In this document: in pieces, positions 59,948-64,000 of the stretch
Position numbering within the stretch: position 1 is the stretch's first letter
Layout: every line of letters begins with the position of its first letter
Source: Camelus dromedarius
Taxonomy: Eukaryota
NCBI RefSeq assembly: GCF_036321535.1
Contig: NC_087449.1
Coordinates: 60,326,001 to 60,390,000, forward strand
Length of the DNA: 64,000 bases
Direction of reading: 5' to 3'
The notes under the pieces: model-generated
Databases searched by the model: none
The model's input: only the letters and a program-made list of their open reading frames with translations
Told to the model about the DNA's origin: nothing
Made by a program: the position numbers and the translations under genes

Positions 59948-61664
59948 TATAGAATACCAATTAGAAGCAAGAACTTCTAAAATGTTTTTTTTAAAAAAAA
60001 GGTTTAATTAAATCCAAATGACCTATTAACTAAATTGTACTATAGCCATATAACTACATACTTCTAATCATTGGCAAAGAACAAGAAAATCTATATGATT
60101 AACATAGAAAGATGTCCATGAAATATTTACATTAAAAAATTTTATAGAAGAAGAAAAAAAAAGAAGCAAGAACTTCTAAGCCAAACATATCTGGAGTGGT
60201 TCTTTACTTCCTAGCTGCGTGCCTTTGGGCGAAGTACTTGACCTCTCTAAGCCTCTGTTTCCTCAGGTGTGAGATGGGGTAACAGTGACCTCACACTAAC
60301 TTTGTTGGGTGGAATTATTAATGAGGTAACACATGTAAAATGCTTAATCAAAGGATGACCCGTGAGAGGGTCATGAAAGAAAGTTTGCAGAGTTGAGAAA
60401 GAAGAAAAGTGTTCGGGACAGGAATACATGTACGAGGTACAAAAATCAGAAAGTTCAAAGGAAACCACTGTGGAAGGTGAGTTACCCTCTCGCTCCTGAC
60501 CCATTTCCCCTCCCGGATAGCTGTTAACAGCATCTGTGTGTCCTTCCCGGCTCTTCTGTGCATACATGTGTCTGTGTGTGTATATAGGGAAGACCGCTTT
60601 TAAGAGTGTCTAGCATTTTGATTTTGTTGCACACATACCGACCCTTCCGTTTTGGGTGCCAAAAGGGCAGCCTCTGGGGGTGGAGCTTCAGTTTTAACAG
60701 TTTGCCACAAAAAAGACCAGGTGGCCCCCTGCCGTCTTGGAATTTCCCCCAAGGATGGTGCCGAGGGGGTGGCTCGGAGGTACTCAGACATGGTGTCTAG
60801 CAGCATAACGGTCACCACAAGAGGGATGGGTCCTAACTTTAGAGGAAATGAAAAACTTCCACTACATTTTGTGCATAAAGCATACTGTCCTGGAGGTCAT
60901 AATCTACTTTTTTTGCTGGCTGCAAGTTTTAAATGATTGAAATACTAGAGGTCGTATAAAGAGTAAGCATTTAGCGCTGAGTGAGTTCAGCATGTGCCGC
61001 AGGTGCGTGCGCTGAGTGTCAGCACAGGTGCCTGGTACTCTCGGAGGTCCTTGTGCGCATCGGTAGCTTAGCAGTCTGAGGGCTAGTGAAGGTTGACCTC
61101 AGTAGCGTGGTCACAGATACATACAGAAAACCAGGACATGGGCTCTTAGATTCTAACCTGCTTGCTATAAATTGGAGAGATAAGCCTTGAGTTTCAAAGC
61201 AGGGAACAAAGGGCATCGTTAGAGTTAAGAGTTGTTCACTCATGTCTAAACAGCAATGTGCAGAGGCTCAGAGGTGGCAGTTCCAGCTGAAGAGGAGGGA
61301 CCAGGCCAGAAAGCCGGCTTGGTGGATTCATCGTAACATCAAAAACATACTCAACTTCTGGTCTTGAAAGTTCTGGCAGTAGAAGCTGTTTCCCCTCCCC
61401 ACCCGCACCGCTTCCTCTACTGGACCGATTAATCTAAGCAGTAACTTTCCTGTCCTGAATGGAAGGCTCCACCGCCCAGTGGGAAGTTGTGTCTCTCCGG
61501 CTCAGAAGCCAGGCTAGTGAAGCACTTCTCATTTCTGTAGTCTCAGGGTTACGTGGGCCCCTGTCAGGGACTTTCCTGGTTTACTGTTACTCAGCTGCCG
61601 AAGTTAATGCTTTAAAACATTGTTCAAAGTCAGAAAGAACATTGTTTAATTTTGTAAATTGTTT

Positions 61665-61722
61665 TTTTAAAATATTGAGTAGATACAAAGGAATTTTAAA
61701 ATATTGAGTAGTTACAAAGGAA
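61665..61722. repeat. 29-bp direct tandem duplication
   Basis: ttttaaaatattgagtag(a/t)tacaaaggaa twice, one mismatch. Confidence 0.9.
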
Positions 61723-61739
61723 CCTTTACATTGTAAAGG

Positions 61740-63960
61740 TTAAGGATACAAGGAACACCCATCACCCAATTTACAAGAAAAGAATGTTTCCATTTACTTT
61801 GGAGTGCCCCCTCCCTGATCCTGTCCCATTCCCACCCCCAAGTAATCACTGAATTTGGCTTTTGTCATTCTCTTGCTTTTCTTTCTAGTTTTACCACATG
61901 TATTTGTATTGTTAAACAATGTATTGTTTCATTTTTCATGTTTTTGAACTTAATATAACTATACTATTTTTTCCAGTGACTTTAATTTTTTGCTTAACAT
62001 GTGTTCTTGAGATTAATCCATGTTGCATATAGTTTTATTTCATTTTTACTGATAAATAATTGTCCACAGTATGAGAATTTATTTATCCTTTCTGTTGTTG
62101 ATGAACATTTGATTTGTATCCAGTATTTTGCTGAGACAGTCGGTGTTGCTGTGACCATTGCTGAGACACAGGTAGAGCCTCTTCAGGACACACCCCTGGG
62201 AGGGGACTGACTCACAGGGTGTGTGCATCTTCAGTTTGACCAAATTGTTTCTAAAGTGGTTTCCCAGTTTACGCTTCAAATGGCAATTCTGTTTGCTTCA
62301 CATCCTCTGGACAATGGTATTATCAGATTAAAAAATTTTTACTAATCTGGTGGAAGTTCAGTGATACCTCGTGGTTTTGATTTGCATTTTCATGATTAGT
62401 AGTGGGTTGAGCATCTTTTCTTACACGAATTGATCTTTCAGGTTTCAGCCTCTCTGAAACAACTGCTTAAATCTTTTGTTCATTATTTTATTGAACTGTT
62501 TGTCTTTTTGTTATATATAGACTGTTTTTCTTCTGGTTTTTGTTTTGGTACTAATCTGTAGTCAGTTAGATGTGTTGTAAGTATCTACTTCCAGTTTGTG
62601 GCTTGTCTTTTTGCTCTAGGGTTTTTTTTTAATGAATAGAAATTCTTAATTTTAATGTCATTTACCAATTTTTTTTTAATACTTAGGGCTTTTTGTTTCT
62701 TTTTAAGAACTTTCTCCCTACTTCAAGTTTTTAAAGATATTCTGCTGTATTTTGTCTTCCAAACATTTCATGATTTTTGCCTTTTACATTAAGGTCTCTA
62801 GACTATTTATAATTATTTTTGTGTATGATGTGAGATAAGGAGCCGATCTCTTTTTTTATATATATAAGCACATCAAATTGTCCTAGTACTATGTATCCAA
62901 AAAAACACATCCCTGTCATGTGGATCTGTAATGTCACCAGTAACTGTTATCACATATCAAATGTCCACAAATGATGGGTCTGTTTCTGGGCTCTTTACTG
63001 TCTATTCTCTATCTGCCTATCAATGTCACACTGACTTCATTTCAAAATTTTTATATAACAGTTCTTGGCATCCAGGAAGACTTTGGCCCTTTACTCTTCC
63101 ATCTTCATTTTAAATTGTGCTTATTAAATTCGTTAACAGTTGTTCGGGTCTTTTATTAGAATGGCTAAGATTTATTAGAATTAATTTATTACGTATCAAT
63201 TTGGATAGAGTTGACACTTTTGTGATACTGAGTCTTCTGATCCGTGAATGTTCTGTATCTCTCAATTTATACAACTTACCAAAGCCTAACTTTAGTCAGT
63301 GTCTGTACGTCTTACTCTCAAGCAGTTAATGACCTGTACACACTTGAATTCCTATCCTCCCTCCTCGACTTTCATTCTGAGTGTATTTTAGTTCTTTTTT
63401 GAATTTTAGAAGGTATCCTTCATTCAGTATTTGTTTAGATTGACTTATTTATTACTTAGTACTTGAGTCAGTCTTCATGACTTCTTGTATTTAATACTTT
63501 CATTCTGGGATCACTTTTTATCTGCCTGAAAGTGTATCTTTTATAATGTGGGAATTTGGGCTGTAATCCATTTGCGGGCCATCTAATGGTTGAAAATTCT
63601 CAGCGGGGATTTTCCCCTCCTCTGTTTGGTGCCAAGATTTGATACAGACTCTTTTCTGTGTGGTCTTCTTTCCACTCAGATACAACCCTTTGGGGCCCAG
63701 CTTTACTCTGGAGGGCCCTCTCCAGAGACCTCCCTTCTTGTGGGGAAGCAGGGAGCTCAGGCTGCTCAGTTCTGTAAATGTCTTCTCTCTGCCCACCCTC
63801 AAAACTCCGCTTGCTCTCTGCATTCCAGCCTTTGCTTCATTTTGTTTGACCTGTCAGTGTTCCTTACTGACTTGCCAGTTCTTTGATGCATTTTAAAAGA
63901 TGTCTTAAAATTTTCTTCAGCATTTGTAGCTGTTTGCAGTAACAGTCAGCCAGGTGCTGG
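61740..63960 (-). mobile_element. Degraded L1M fragments (ZBTB17 intron)
   Basis: T-rich antisense L1 text: tccatgttgcatatag...ttctgttgttgatgaacatttg...gtgatacctcgtggttttgatttgcatttt...attaatttatt...gttgacactttt. Confidence 0.6.
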
Positions 63961-64000
63961 TTGTGCCATGCTTCCAGAAATTAAGATGCTTCGGAGTTTC

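Overview
Mammalian genomic DNA, most likely a camelid: it carries seven copies of a tRNA-derived SINE of the camelid vic-1 type. The window is syntenic with human 1p36.13, read in reverse. I reconstructed four complete, intact spliced genes by hand from splice sites and reading frames. FAM131C (+) has 7 coding exons and 281 aa. One ClC-K chloride channel gene (-) has 19 coding exons, 687 aa and is CLCNKA-like. HSPB7 (+) has 3 exons, 171 aa and a GC-AG first intron. SRARP/C1orf64 (-) has 2 exons and 169 aa. The right third holds a CpG-island promoter and a probable non-coding exon of ZBTB17, assigned by synteny, inside a repeat-dense AT-rich block (nested LTRs, L1, SINEs, DNA transposons) with three assembly gaps. 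The most notable points are: only one ClC-K gene lies between FAM131C and HSPB7, where human and mouse have two; that channel carries Ser481 (the human ClC-Kb gain-of-function residue), Leu519 (ClC-1-like, next to the central Tyr) and Ser68; a uORF stop overlaps the FAM131C start (TGATG); HSPB7 intron 1 has a dense E-box cluster; FAM131C intron 1 has paired RFX boxes and a 157-bp ~90% identical MIR pair; and the ZBTB17 exon has an AG|GT junction. I found no prokaryote-type system (CRISPR etc.) and no novel protein-coding gene. All homology statements come from recalled reference sequences, not from database searches.
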